This document shows, piece by piece, positions 54,470 through 63,767 of a stretch of DNA of 64,000 nt (its first letter is position 1; each line of letters starts with the position of its first letter). The position numbers were made by a program, and so were the translations under genes. The notes below the pieces were generated by a model, which saw only the letters and a program-made list of their open reading frames with translations, was not told the origin of the DNA and did no database searches. Origin of the DNA: a virus; IMG/VR virus record IMGVR_UViG_3300042010_000040, positions 28,348-92,347 of that record; one strand, 5' to 3'.

Positions 54470-55100
54470 TCAAAGTTTTAATGTATTGTTTGGTTGCTTG
54501 TGTGTATCTTATCAAAGCTTTAGTGGTCTTGCAAGCAATCTGTAAAATCTTTTTAAAACTATTTGTGCGTGGTAATTCGTCGATAAAATCGGACATCCAG
54601 CTCACTCCACATGGTGTGGCTACCTCTGTGTGGCTGTAGTCTACATCACAGCTTGAGTAGGCAGTTTCTGCCTCAACTTGTTGAGTATCTTCCTCATATT
54701 CTTCCTCTGTTTTGATAGGCTTTGCAGCTATTGCTTTCTTGTACAAGAATTCTGCACGTTGAAGCTTAGCGAAAGCTACATCTCTATAGACGCTGTACTC
54801 TTCCAAGCTGAATTCACCAGCACGATAGGCTGTCTCAAGCTCAAGGATTTCTGAGCGGAGTTTTTCTACTCTAGACAATTGTGGGAGAATTCGTGATTTC
54901 AAAGGAACAGAAGTTTTACGTTTCTCTTTACGAGCTTCGATAGCCTCATCAGAAAATGCCTTGACATTTGGTTTACCATTGATGTAGGTAGGCACAGCCT
55001 CAATAGATTTGTCACCACGATACTGGTCATTGCCACCTGACCACTCACCATGGTCTGAGCAGCTATCAATCCACGAAGGTTGTATGTAAAGTCTTGTCAT
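54459..55100 (-). CDS. Early hypothetical protein
   Basis: 213-aa ORF directly behind a promoter. Confidence 0.7.
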   Translation of the reverse strand: MTRLYIQPSWIDSCSDHGEWSGGNDQYRGDKSIEAVPTYINGKPNVKAFSDEAIEARKEKRKTSVPLKSRILPQLSRVEKLRSEILELETAYRAGEFSLEEYSVYRDVAFAKLQRAEFLYKKAIAAKPIKTEEEYEEDTQQVEAETAYSSCDVDYSHTEVATPCGVSWMSDFIDELPRTNSFKKILQIACKTTKALIRYTQATKQYIKTLSEV

Positions 55101-55141
55101 GATAAAAGCCCCTAACCTGAAACACCTTGTTGATGTCTAAG

Positions 55142-55170
55142 ATTATGGGGCTTTGGGATATAGCTGTCAA
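55142..55170 (-). promoter_or_regulatory. Early sigma70 promoter
   Basis: TTGACA-17-CATAAT. Confidence 0.75.
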
Positions 55171-55173
55171 CAA

Positions 55174-55461
55174 CTATTTGTAAACTTTCTCGTCTACGTA
55201 CTTTGAGAAGCGAATCATTGTCTTGATAGAAGGCCGGGCTCTAGGAAACTCCTTACCATATGCATGAGCGTAGCTGTACCAACGATTTGATGTCCAGATT
55301 TCAATTCCACCTAGGATGACCGTATGATAGGACATATCCACTTCAACGCCAGCATCCATCAATTCATTTAGCTTTTTATCCCAACCCGCTGAATAGCTCT
55401 CTTGAAACAAGATGCCTCCTAGGACAGATAGCCACACTTTAAACATTTCAAAGTAAATCAT
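55174..55461 (-). CDS. Hypothetical protein
   Basis: AAGGA SD; coupled. Confidence 0.6.
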   Translation of the reverse strand: MIYFEMFKVWLSVLGGILFQESYSAGWDKKLNELMDAGVEVDMSYHTVILGGIEIWTSNRWYSYAHAYGKEFPRARPSIKTMIRFSKYVDEKVYK

Positions 55462-55865
55462 TATTTTGTTTCCTTTTTAGGTTCATCATCTTTCAGCTCA
55501 CGCTTAGCCCTTGCCAGCAATTCATACAGAACGTCTATAGCATCATTCCCAATCTGCTGTGCTTGTGGTGTCTGTGCAATAGCTTGTCCAGCATATGCAA
55601 CCACCATCGTATACATAGTCTTCTCGCTTGGGATAGTTTTTGCAAACAGAATCAACAGCAAAGGTAGCCAAACCCAACGTAAGGCTTTACGTCGTCCAGC
55701 TTTCTTATATTCAACAGTCTCTTTACTGTCCCAAGAGTTGATATCTACAGTGAAATAAAACGCTGCACCTAGAAGTAACAGCAGGGTAACACCGCCTGTC
55801 ACACCGAAGAATGCTGCAACGCCGGGAAGGATGCCAATGCAGTATACGATAAAAGCCAATTCCAT
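55461..55865 (-). CDS. Membrane protein
   Basis: Hydrophobic helices; IPSEKTMYTM motif. Confidence 0.65.
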   Translation of the reverse strand: MELAFIVYCIGILPGVAAFFGVTGGVTLLLLLGAAFYFTVDINSWDSKETVEYKKAGRRKALRWVWLPLLLILFAKTIPSEKTMYTMVVAYAGQAIAQTPQAQQIGNDAIDVLYELLARAKRELKDDEPKKETK

Positions 55866-56034
55866 TATTTCTTCTCCTTAACAAGTTGACGTAAAAGTTC
55901 CAGTTGTTCTTTCTTCATAGCAGCCTCTTCACGACGACGTTTGTTTCCAACACTGACAAGACAGCACAAGTATACTAAGCCCCAAGGAAAGAACAAGATT
56001 GTCAGTAGGATGTGTATGACGTGGGCAAAGGGGT

Positions 56035-56253
56035 TCATGATTTATCCTCCAAAGCATATTCGAAATAATTAGTCCAAGCCTGTTCTCCAACACTATAGAA
56101 GATATGCACAGTGTTATTCTTGAACTGCTGAATGTCACCATTAGATTTCATGTGAAAGGAGTATTCCCCTCCAGCTTTGAAGGCTACTTCACCTGTTGGG
56201 ATCATGACAACGTCCTTGACACATAAGAGCTTGATCATGTCACACCACCTCAA
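56035..56253 (-). CDS. Hypothetical protein
   Basis: ORF in the early operon (start probably the ATG at 56238). Confidence 0.55.
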   Translation of the reverse strand: MRWCDMIKLLCVKDVVMIPTGEVAFKAGGEYSFHMKSNGDIQQFKNNTVHIFYSVGEQAWTNYFEYALEDKS

Positions 56254-56398
56254 CTGGGTAATGAGCTTTGACCACGTACCTTACAGCACCGTATTTCATG
56301 TCAAGACGATCAGCTTGTTTAAGAGCCCGGTTCCGGTCGTTGTAGACTTTACCAACTTGAGTTTTGGTCTGTACGTCGATGATGGTGTAAGTGGTCAT
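56240..56398 (-). CDS. Early micro-protein (52 aa)
   Basis: AAGGAG SD behind a promoter. Confidence 0.6.
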   Translation of the reverse strand: MTTYTIIDVQTKTQVGKVYNDRNRALKQADRLDMKYGAVRYVVKAHYPVEVV

Positions 56399-56439
56399 TT
56401 CATTCTCCTTTGGAAGCCCTTTGCTTCCTTCATGTGTTC

Positions 56440-56468
56440 AGTATAGGTGGGTAACAGCTGCCTGTCAA
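56440..56468 (-). promoter_or_regulatory. Early sigma70 promoter
   Basis: TTGACA-17-TATACT. Confidence 0.8.
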
Positions 56469-56471
56469 GGT

Positions 56472-56765
56472 TTATTTTGACTCTATCCACTTTTGAATAT
56501 GCTCTTGTACCCGTTCGTCATCGCCAGAGTAGAACACATACCCACCCATAACACTGCGATATTCTTGATCAACGTATTCAAAACCACCGTAGTATTGAAG
56601 GTTCTTGTCAGCACTCATACTGCAAGCAATCACATCCTCGGTGATGAACAGCTTATAGCCTGCACGATTGTCTAAACCACATACTTCAGGTTTGACCTCC
56701 TCGGCACAAGCAATGAATTGTGCAACAGAGTCGTCTACAATGCTGGTCATTTCGTAAAAGTCCAT
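56472..56765 (-). CDS. Early hypothetical protein
   Basis: AGGA SD behind a promoter; LQYYGGFEYVD. Confidence 0.65.
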   Translation of the reverse strand: MDFYEMTSIVDDSVAQFIACAEEVKPEVCGLDNRAGYKLFITEDVIACSMSADKNLQYYGGFEYVDQEYRSVMGGYVFYSGDDERVQEHIQKWIESK

Positions 56766-56807
56766 GAGGGTGATTCCTGTGTGGGTTGTTTTGTCTCTGT
56801 GATTAAG

Positions 56808-56836
56808 ATGGTAGATCACTCTGAGGAAGGAGTCAA
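56808..56836 (-). promoter_or_regulatory. Early sigma70 promoter
   Basis: TTGACT-17-TACCAT; AAAATAAACC UP sequence shared with the 56440 promoter. Confidence 0.65.
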
Positions 56837-56856
56837 GGGTTTATTTTCAGACAGAC

Positions 56857-56882
56857 AAAAGAAAACCCTCGAAAGAGGGTTT
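56857..56882 (-). terminator. Intrinsic terminator
   Basis: AAACCCTC/GAGGGTTT stem plus TCTTTT. Confidence 0.75.
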
Positions 56883-56885
56883 GGG

Positions 56886-57530
56886 TTAAAGTGAGAATGT
56901 TTCTCGATGGTTCGCATGATCATCTCTTAACATCTCTGCACGTAAGTAGATTGCATTGGCTACGTCTTGTCTATAGCAAGGTTCGAGCATGTAGCGGAGT
57001 ATGGCAGCTTCAATAACATCTGCTTTAGCTAATTGCCATGCCCGGTGTGCATCTAAGGCCGTTGGAAATCTGCCTAAGTGCCTGCTTTTATCAACTGCCC
57101 AAAAATCCCTGCACTGTGCAACGTAGGGGTTGACACCTCTACCAGAACAATCTTTCACAGAAACACCAATCGGGTATGAACTGTTTTGTTGGCTGACATT
57201 TAAGAGTTTATTGATATGCTGTGGTACAAACACACAAGTGGTAGGGCCATATTCTTTGTTCCCCTTAACTAGTATGTCTTTATCTAGGTCACAACCTTCC
57301 CAGTATTGTTTTTCCATCCAAGTCTTGAAGGTGCTTAGGTATTTCCAAGCTAGGTTAACGCTGACTTCTTGATATGTTGGATGCTTCTCTTTACATTTCT
57401 CAGAATGACCACGCTCTATCAAACTTCTCCACTTCAAGTAGTAAGGACAGTAAGCACCATTCGTATAGGTAACGTAATCAACATCTTTAATGCCCCAACC
57501 ATATATGGTTGGCTTCAAAGTTTCTTCCAT
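56886..57530 (-). CDS. HNH homing endonuclease
   Basis: LDKDILVKGNKEYGPTTCVFVP..IN; same family as 51935..52761. Confidence 0.82.
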   Translation of the reverse strand: MEETLKPTIYGWGIKDVDYVTYTNGAYCPYYLKWRSLIERGHSEKCKEKHPTYQEVSVNLAWKYLSTFKTWMEKQYWEGCDLDKDILVKGNKEYGPTTCVFVPQHINKLLNVSQQNSSYPIGVSVKDCSGRGVNPYVAQCRDFWAVDKSRHLGRFPTALDAHRAWQLAKADVIEAAILRYMLEPCYRQDVANAIYLRAEMLRDDHANHRETFSL

Positions 57531-57548
57531 TTATTTCTCCACGCACTA

Positions 57549-57576
57549 TAAGCCCCTCAAATGAGGGGCTATTTTA
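57549..57576. terminator. Intrinsic terminator, possibly bidirectional
   Basis: AGCCCCTCA/TGAGGGGCT 9-bp stem. Confidence 0.6.
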
Positions 57577-57590
57577 TTGTGACTGTTTTA

Positions 57591-57857
57591 TCAGTCGTTA
57601 GGTTTACGTTCCAACTCTTTTATCTTAGCTTTCAATTCCCTATTCTCCTCATCTAACATCTCGCAGATTTGGGCATACAGATTTCTATCGTCTTGCACTT
57701 CCCTCAGTAATACTTCAAGGGAATCATCGTAAGCTACTAGTCGCGTCACCTTGTACTCTGGATCCTCAACAGCCCACAGAACTTCGGTCAAGTCTCTGAT
57801 GAACAGATGCCGTCCTTCACGATACACTAAATAGCCGAGTGTGGTAGTCATGGTCAT
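57591..57857 (-). CDS. Hypothetical coiled-coil protein
   Basis: AGGAG SD. Confidence 0.6.
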   Translation of the reverse strand: MTMTTTLGYLVYREGRHLFIRDLTEVLWAVEDPEYKVTRLVAYDDSLEVLLREVQDDRNLYAQICEMLDEENRELKAKIKELERKPND

Positions 57858-57861
57858 TCTC

Positions 57862-58071
57862 CTAGTTTGCACGCTTAATGCTAGCGAACGCATCAGCGAG
57901 ACTAGTTTTCAGACGACTTTTTCCATCAACTCTAGTCACGCGGTAGCCACCCTTCGTCTTCACAATTACCCCAAGGAAATTGTTGGAAGCATCGTAGCAC
58001 CTACGAACGGTGTTCCCAGCTACTGGAGAGAACTGCCCGGTTACTGCTTTAACATTCGCCATGATATTCAC
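57862..58071 (-). CDS. Early basic hypothetical protein
   Basis: AAGGTG SD after a structured leader. Confidence 0.6.
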   Translation of the reverse strand: MNIMANVKAVTGQFSPVAGNTVRRCYDASNNFLGVIVKTKGGYRVTRVDGKSRLKTSLADAFASIKRAN

Positions 58072-58074
58072 CTT

Positions 58075-58179
58075 TAAGGATGTGGAACTCGCCGTTCCAA
58101 GTAACGAATAGAGCCATTTCTATTCGCTTACCTCCGTGGGCGATGACCTACTACCCGTCATCTATTCAGTGCTCCCTTA
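58075..58179 (-). ncRNA. Structured early 5' leader / sRNA candidate
   Basis: Three hairpins enclosed by TAAGG/CCTTA right after a predicted TSS. Confidence 0.4.
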
Positions 58180-58190
58180 CTCATGACTAT

Positions 58191-58219
58191 AGAGTAGGAT
58201 ATCTCTTACACACCGTCAA
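58191..58219 (-). promoter_or_regulatory. Early sigma70 promoter
   Basis: TTGACG-17-TACTCT with AT-rich UP region. Confidence 0.65.
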
Positions 58220-58248
58220 GCAAAAAGTGAAATTATTTTCAGATTATT

Positions 58249-58512
58249 TTAGCTATTGTAAATTAACCCTTTCAAAACAAGGGCTTCCTCGATTCTCCCC
58301 AGTGTGATAGCGTAAGCTTTATCCTCTTCTGTCTTGTAATCTTCACCCTCAGCCAGCCACAACCATTTGGAAAAATGCTCTTCCAAGGCTGTTTGTGAAA
58401 GATTTATTGCATTGATGCAGTCTAGAAGGGCTTCCGAGTACGAATAGCCATCTTGCATTTGTTCGAAAGCAGCCTTGATATCAGAAACTTTGTTTTCTTC
58501 TTGAGTGTTCAT
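58249..58512 (-). CDS. Hypothetical protein
   Basis: AGGAG SD. Confidence 0.6.
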   Translation of the reverse strand: MNTQEENKVSDIKAAFEQMQDGYSYSEALLDCINAINLSQTALEEHFSKWLWLAEGEDYKTEEDKAYAITLGRIEEALVLKGLIYNS

Positions 58513-58627
58513 TAAAAGCTCCTACGTTTGTGTTGGGTGTGTAAAGCTGGTGACTCATTCTTGTAAGGCTAATGTGACATGTGATCCAATGTGAAAGCAA
58601 TAGCCTTATGAAAATAAATTCTTTACC

Positions 58628-58876
58628 TTACCTGCCAAGAAACGAATGCTCCTTCCATTGAACATATCTATTGATTCCCTTATACAGATAGCTTTTCTCT
58701 TTGTATAATTTAATAGCTTTCGGAATCAATACACGTTGTGTAAAGCTTTGCCCAGAAGCAATTTCATAAACACTTCCAGCTGTATGTAAGAGAGCGAGTT
58801 GTACGCTGTTCATTTTGTCACCTCCGAGGATGTTGACTAAAAATTGTTCTAAGTGGTGCTCAAATTGTTTGTTCAT
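58628..58876 (-). CDS. Hypothetical protein
   Basis: Coupled ORF. Confidence 0.55.
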   Translation of the reverse strand: MNKQFEHHLEQFLVNILGGDKMNSVQLALLHTAGSVYEIASGQSFTQRVLIPKAIKLYKEKSYLYKGINRYVQWKEHSFLGR

Positions 58877-59340
58877 TTGTTTAGTTCTTTGGAATTGTTG
58901 AGGGTTGTTTCAATTCGAGTAAGAAGATCGGTCCCGAAATAGTTAGCTGCATCACCATCTTCTATTGCCAACGTAAGCAGCCCAACTAACTCCGCATTCC
59001 GCTGCTCGGTAGTTGTCAGTCGATCGATCAGTGCATCTTCTCGGCTTATAGATAGTTCCAAACATGCCTGAGCGGCATCGCGCTCTTCTAACAAAATCAG
59101 ACCACCGTCAATACCTTCAACGATCTGCTCAAGATCTACGATGTAACTCTGGATCGCACCTACTGGCGAAGTACAGTTTTTATGCTTTTCAGGGACGGAT
59201 GCCCTCAGCACTCGGTCTTGATTCACCAGCTCTTCCCGCAGCACTGCCAGTTCGGATTGTACTTTATCGTAGTCTGCTTTAGTGACCACATGTATATCTT
59301 CTTTCAAATTACATGCCAAATAAACGTTTGCATCACTCAT
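58873..59340 (-). CDS. Coiled-coil hypothetical protein (prophage early-gene type)
   Basis: GGAG SD; DYD..QSELAVLREEL and EQRNAELV segments. Confidence 0.6.
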   Translation of the reverse strand: MSDANVYLACNLKEDIHVVTKADYDKVQSELAVLREELVNQDRVLRASVPEKHKNCTSPVGAIQSYIVDLEQIVEGIDGGLILLEERDAAQACLELSISREDALIDRLTTTEQRNAELVGLLTLAIEDGDAANYFGTDLLTRIETTLNNSKELNK

Positions 59341-59372
59341 CTCAAATCTCCAATAATTTAGTTTAAAATTCT

Positions 59373-59624
59373 CTAAAACATTCCAACTATCTTATACCAC
59401 TCTTGTTTTACAAATTCTACACCTTTTACATAGGGATCACCAGATTTATATTCTAAATACTTAGGTGTAACCCAAGACTGCATCCACTGCTCAAGAGCTG
59501 CAACACTGCCTAAATTGCATGCATTAATAGCATCACGCAAGGCTTCAACATAGTCTTCAGAGGTATGTGTTCGGCTTAGGGTGTACTCTAATTGTTTCTT
59601 TAGAAGTTCAAGAGGATTTGTCAT
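59373..59624 (-). CDS. Hypothetical protein
   Basis: AGGAG SD; L.DAINACNL resembles LLDCINAINL in 58249..58512. Confidence 0.6.
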   Translation of the reverse strand: MTNPLELLKKQLEYTLSRTHTSEDYVEALRDAINACNLGSVAALEQWMQSWVTPKYLEYKSGDPYVKGVEFVKQEWYKIVGMF

Positions 59625-59910
59625 ACATTTCTCCTAGCAATTCTCTTGCTGTTTATTTTTCAAATCACTCATAAGCTCTATGAAACTAAAATCACTTCCC
59701 TTATGAACCTTCCTGAGTGCCGACTCTAGCCAATACTCAGCCGTCCCTTGAGCACCATCAAGCTTGTAAATGTAGACATCTTTTAGCAGCTCTTTACTAG
59801 TTTCACAGATACATAGTGGTGAATGCTTGACATCAATTACAACATACTCTCCATTGCATTCTGGTTGTCCTTTGGATTGGAGGAGGATAAGTTCGTTTAG
59901 TGGAATTTAT

Positions 59911-60120
59911 TCACTGTAGACGCTCCTCTCTAAGATTGTACCAAACAGCCTCTGAACCCCGGCGACCACCGCCCTTCAATATGTGCTCTTGGTCGGCTTC
60001 ACTTGTGATTCCGTTTCTGCACAAATCATTACCTGTAGGCTTATCTTGGAATATAGCTTCAAAGTATTCTCCTAGCTGATCATAAGCATTATATTCAGAT
60101 GTCAATAACCAAACGTTCAT
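59911..60120 (-). CDS. Hypothetical protein
   Basis: GAGGAG SD; coupled. Confidence 0.6.
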   Translation of the reverse strand: MNVWLLTSEYNAYDQLGEYFEAIFQDKPTGNDLCRNGITSEADQEHILKGGGRRGSEAVWYNLREERLQ

Positions 60121-60335
60121 ACTTCAATCTCCTCTTCAATATCATACCCAAATACATTAGCCAAAACATACTCACGACATGCCTTATCAAACCTAAAACG
60201 ACACTGCTTAAGTTCTTCACGGCACAGTATGTACTCAAGGCTATTATCTAGCGAACTTTTCGACGTTATATAGGCACTTTCTGCATGCCGCAGACGTTCT
60301 AGCAGTGATGTAAGGTGATTCATAGGGGTCGTCAT
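60117..60335 (-). CDS. Hypothetical protein
   Basis: AAGGAG SD. Confidence 0.55.
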   Translation of the reverse strand: MTTPMNHLTSLLERLRHAESAYITSKSSLDNSLEYILCREELKQCRFRFDKACREYVLANVFGYDIEEEIEV

Positions 60336-60805
60336 TCTGACGCTCCTTGTTGCTCTTTATACACCAGATATTTAAGGTATTGAGCAACATCAAATAGCTG
60401 CTCATCGTCTTCTAAATCCATATCAGGGATACAAATGTTCGCTGTTCCAACAGAAGCTGTCATCTCAAAGGCAAGCTTGAGAAGGGCTACTTGCATCTCT
60501 TGTTCGTTCATTTCTGAACCCCAATAATCCTAGTCATACGAGCTACACATTCCCACTCATCAAAATCTAGGAAATGATACCCTGAAACTTTACTCCACAC
60601 AAGCAGAGTTTTATCTTTGATAGATTGATTTGTGTATTCTTCAAAGTCTTTGATGTTCATTTCACCAACTCCTTCGCATAAAACATCGCATCACTCACAT
60701 TTCCAAATGTCTTAGTAATGTTGTTAAAGATTACTGTCCAAGTGCCGTTGTGTTTGAATGGGAGAATTCCCAATCCGTTCATGGTCATTAGTTCGGTTGA
60801 GGTGC

Positions 60806-61027
60806 TCATTTAGGTTCATCCTTTAAGATTGCAATATCAATAAGACGAACAAGTTCTGTGCTGGCTGTCTTTGGTTCGGCCTGTGCGTCAAAGAATTCCA
60901 TCCACTCATCTGTAAGCTTGTCAAATGAATATCCAGAAGCTTTAATGAAGGCTTCCCAACGCTCACTGTTCTTAATCTGTTCAGCAGATGGACGCTTCGC
61001 TACTGAGACTCGCTTAGGAGTTTTCAT
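60806..61027 (-). CDS. Hypothetical protein
   Basis: Coupled ORF. Confidence 0.55.
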   Translation of the reverse strand: MKTPKRVSVAKRPSAEQIKNSERWEAFIKASGYSFDKLTDEWMEFFDAQAEPKTASTELVRLIDIAILKDEPK

Positions 61028-61218
61028 ACACTCACCTTATTAATTTCCACCAAGATAACTTCAAAGTCTTCATCCATGAACCAATCTTCACCGTAAGCCT
61101 CATCAAGCAACTTACAGCAATCCAAACGATTCTTACTGGCGCTGAAAAGCATCACGCCATCAGTTTGCTTGTGATGGCCCATCCAATACTTAGGTGACAG
61201 CCCTTGACCTTCTTTCAT
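61024..61218 (-). CDS. Hypothetical protein
   Basis: AGGAG SD. Confidence 0.55.
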   Translation of the reverse strand: MKEGQGLSPKYWMGHHKQTDGVMLFSASKNRLDCCKLLDEAYGEDWFMDEDFEVILVEINKVSV

Positions 61219-61323
61219 ACCATTCTCTCCTATAATATCCTACATACCATATCTATTTCATTCATTTCAGCGCTTTTAACGCCATGTCTTGTGTGTTGAT
61301 TATGATGGGTTGAAGGTAAGCTG

Positions 61324-61560
61324 TCAAGAATTACTTTCTTGGATTTTCAAAAGAAATTTACCAGATTCAAATAGTTTCTCAAACATATCCTTTGGAATTG
61401 CACTGATAACACTGACCTCATTCCACTCCTTGGTTTCAGAATCATATTCTTGATAAACAATATCAACATGACCCTCAATCTCATCCCACAAGCGAACGCC
61501 TGTACGGTAGAAGTCGAAGTCTTCACAGAACCAAATAACACCATTCTCAACTTTAGACAT
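61324..61560 (-). CDS. Hypothetical protein
   Basis: GAGGAG SD. Confidence 0.6.
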   Translation of the reverse strand: MSKVENGVIWFCEDFDFYRTGVRLWDEIEGHVDIVYQEYDSETKEWNEVSVISAIPKDMFEKLFESGKFLLKIQESNS

Positions 61561-61728
61561 TCACTTTCTCCTCGTTACTTATAAAGAATTTACATTCCTT
61601 TACAGGGTCTTTGACACTCACTTCCATGCAAATCCACGGCTGATGTCTAGGAGCTGCCTCTACCAAATACCTATAGCAAAGCTCCTTTCGTGGGCAGTTT
61701 GTGCCAACACACTTACTGAAGACTGACA

Positions 61729-61980
61729 TCATACTCTAACCTCTTCAGGAATTTCACTAAGATACTGTGGATATCCTCCGTGATACTCAACTACATTCTC
61801 TGTATAGTCTTCATTTACTTCAAAAGATTTAGCCTCTTGGATATGGTGATTGTTAATCAAGCCAAAGATATCATGTGTAGAAATGCTGTGAGCTTCACAA
61901 TACAAATCGTTGTCAAGATACAAACCTTCCCAATCGCCAGAGCTGCACCTAACAAGTGTGATATTTTTATATGTGACCAT
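61729..61980 (-). CDS. Hypothetical protein
   Basis: GAGG SD; coupled. Confidence 0.6.
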   Translation of the reverse strand: MVTYKNITLVRCSSGDWEGLYLDNDLYCEAHSISTHDIFGLINNHHIQEAKSFEVNEDYTENVVEYHGGYPQYLSEIPEEVRV

Positions 61981-62202
61981 TTAATAACCCTCATCTTCAG
62001 ATTCATAACGATGTTTATCGTAGTCAGCTTGTATAATTCTAACACAACGACTATCACCACATGTTGCACAAGAAGTATTACCAAACCATGTTGTAGCTTC
62101 TTTCCCACAACCTGCATCACATTTGTTAGTGACTGGAATTGAGTGGAATGCTTTATACCACTCTTTGTTTTCTCGCAAGGATTCGTCTAGGGTTGTCATC
62201 AC
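61981..62202 (-). CDS. Cys-rich hypothetical protein
   Basis: CDAGC and CATC motifs; coupled. Confidence 0.55.
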   Translation of the reverse strand: MMTTLDESLRENKEWYKAFHSIPVTNKCDAGCGKEATTWFGNTSCATCGDSRCVRIIQADYDKHRYESEDEGY

Positions 62203-62468
62203 ACATACTCCACTTTTTCTGTCATCACTTGAGTGACTTTACGTGTCAAATCAGTTTCACCAACATCCACATTTGACCAACCCCAATCATAGCTTGCTGT
62301 AAAGCTTACGTCACGATAGATGTCCATCTCTTTATGTTTCATATAAAAGCAAACAAGAGTGTCGCGTTTGTGTGATTCTTCAGTGCGATCAATCTGATTA
62401 TCTGCATGAAAGTTATTCTCAATGCACCAATCTTCAAACTCACTGTATGTTTCAAAGTAAATGCTCAT
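62199..62468 (-). CDS. Hypothetical protein
   Basis: Operon packing. Confidence 0.6.
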   Translation of the reverse strand: MSIYFETYSEFEDWCIENNFHADNQIDRTEESHKRDTLVCFYMKHKEMDIYRDVSFTASYDWGWSNVDVGETDLTRKVTQVMTEKVEYV

Positions 62469-62469
62469 T

Positions 62470-62904
62470 TCATTGCCCCCAAATAATCAAAGGTTTGATA
62501 ATAAACTCTTCTTGCTCATTAAACTTTTTACCAACAAGATGTTTAAGTTTACTTGGTGGGTAGCCTGAACGACGGCAGAATGTTCCGTACCAACTTGTTT
62601 TAGCTCCTGTCTGAGAATCAAAGCAACTACCCCAACGCTCGCCAGTTTCTTTATGTACGACCACATAACCGTGAATGTAAGGTTCTGGTTTATTCAGGCT
62701 ATGAATTTGCACGTAATCTTTCAGCATACCATCCAAACCTGCTGCGTAGTTCTCCTGTCCTTCGTCATCTATGAACAATGCGCTACCTGTCACACAAATA
62801 CGAGACACCTCGTAGACCTTACCAACAGTCACACCAGACAACTCTTCATTGTAAATACCAAGGTCTGGTTTCTCTGTAAAACTGAATGTTGTTCCGATGT
62901 TCAT
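62470..62904 (-). CDS. Hypothetical protein
   Basis: GAGGA SD. Confidence 0.65.
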   Translation of the reverse strand: MNIGTTFSFTEKPDLGIYNEELSGVTVGKVYEVSRICVTGSALFIDDEGQENYAAGLDGMLKDYVQIHSLNKPEPYIHGYVVVHKETGERWGSCFDSQTGAKTSWYGTFCRRSGYPPSKLKHLVGKKFNEQEEFIIKPLIIWGQ

Positions 62905-63058
62905 TATTCCTCTTCTCCCAAATCAAATTCAAGCGCTTCAATAATCTTCTCAATATCGTCTGTCACACTATAATCATAGTGTAGCTCTTTCTCCAACAAA
63001 TGTTTAGCATTTTGGAGGAGAGCGATTGTGTCAAGGATTGTTTGTTTACGTTGGGTCA

Positions 63059-63271
63059 TTATTCTTCTCCATCAAATTCACGATCAATAGCTTCATGTGG
63101 ACACTTCCCTTCGCAAGCTGCATTCAATCCAATTGAAACAATACTTGGAGGATAACCATCAAGCCCATAAAATTGTTCGATTGCATAGCACAGACCAGAT
63201 GCACCTGTAGACATATACAGATAATACTGATCACGGTGTTTGATTGCAACTTCTACATTAAACTCACTCAT
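63059..63271 (-). CDS. Hypothetical protein
   Basis: GGAG SD; coupled. Confidence 0.55.
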   Translation of the reverse strand: MSEFNVEVAIKHRDQYYLYMSTGASGLCYAIEQFYGLDGYPPSIVSIGLNAACEGKCPHEAIDREFDGEE

Positions 63272-63468
63272 TCTCCAAACCTCCGCAATTCATTAACCAA
63301 AACATAACATTTACCGGTAGTTTTGTCCATCCCAAGCACCGTTAGGTGCATCCCCTTACCTAGCTCATCAGGATACGTTCCGACACGAATCACTAGCTCT
63401 TTTCCCGCCAACTCTTCCCATTTGAAGATGGAGTTGGCTAGGGTTTCTTTGGTGAATACGGCTACCAT
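63268..63468 (-). CDS. Hypothetical protein
   Basis: Coupled ORF. Confidence 0.55.
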   Translation of the reverse strand: MVAVFTKETLANSIFKWEELAGKELVIRVGTYPDELGKGMHLTVLGMDKTTGKCYVLVNELRRFGE

Positions 63469-63767
63469 TAGTCATATCCCAAGAGAGTAGGTTTGTTTGG
63501 ATATCGGATATAGCCGTCCGTATGCAAGACTGCACCCTGTTCTTTACACTGCTTTAGAAGGTTGAGTCTGTAAATCAAATCCTTGTTAGAACTATTTTGT
63601 TGTAGGTCTGCTTCGGCTTGTTTAATAGCTTCGTCTAATAATGTATTCATATTACACCCATGTTGGTTGATTACGATTCGTCCACTGTACCTTAATCGGT
63701 TTCTCTCTGCAAGCCCATTCTGTAAACTTGACACGCAAGTATTCTTGGTAAGCTTTGGTCTGATCAA
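63468..63767 (-). CDS. Hypothetical protein (true start probably the internal ATG of MNTLL)
   Basis: ORF in the early operon. Confidence 0.45.
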   Translation of the reverse strand: MIRPKLTKNTCVSSLQNGLAERNRLRYSGRIVINQHGCNMNTLLDEAIKQAEADLQQNSSNKDLIYRLNLLKQCKEQGAVLHTDGYIRYPNKPTLLGYD

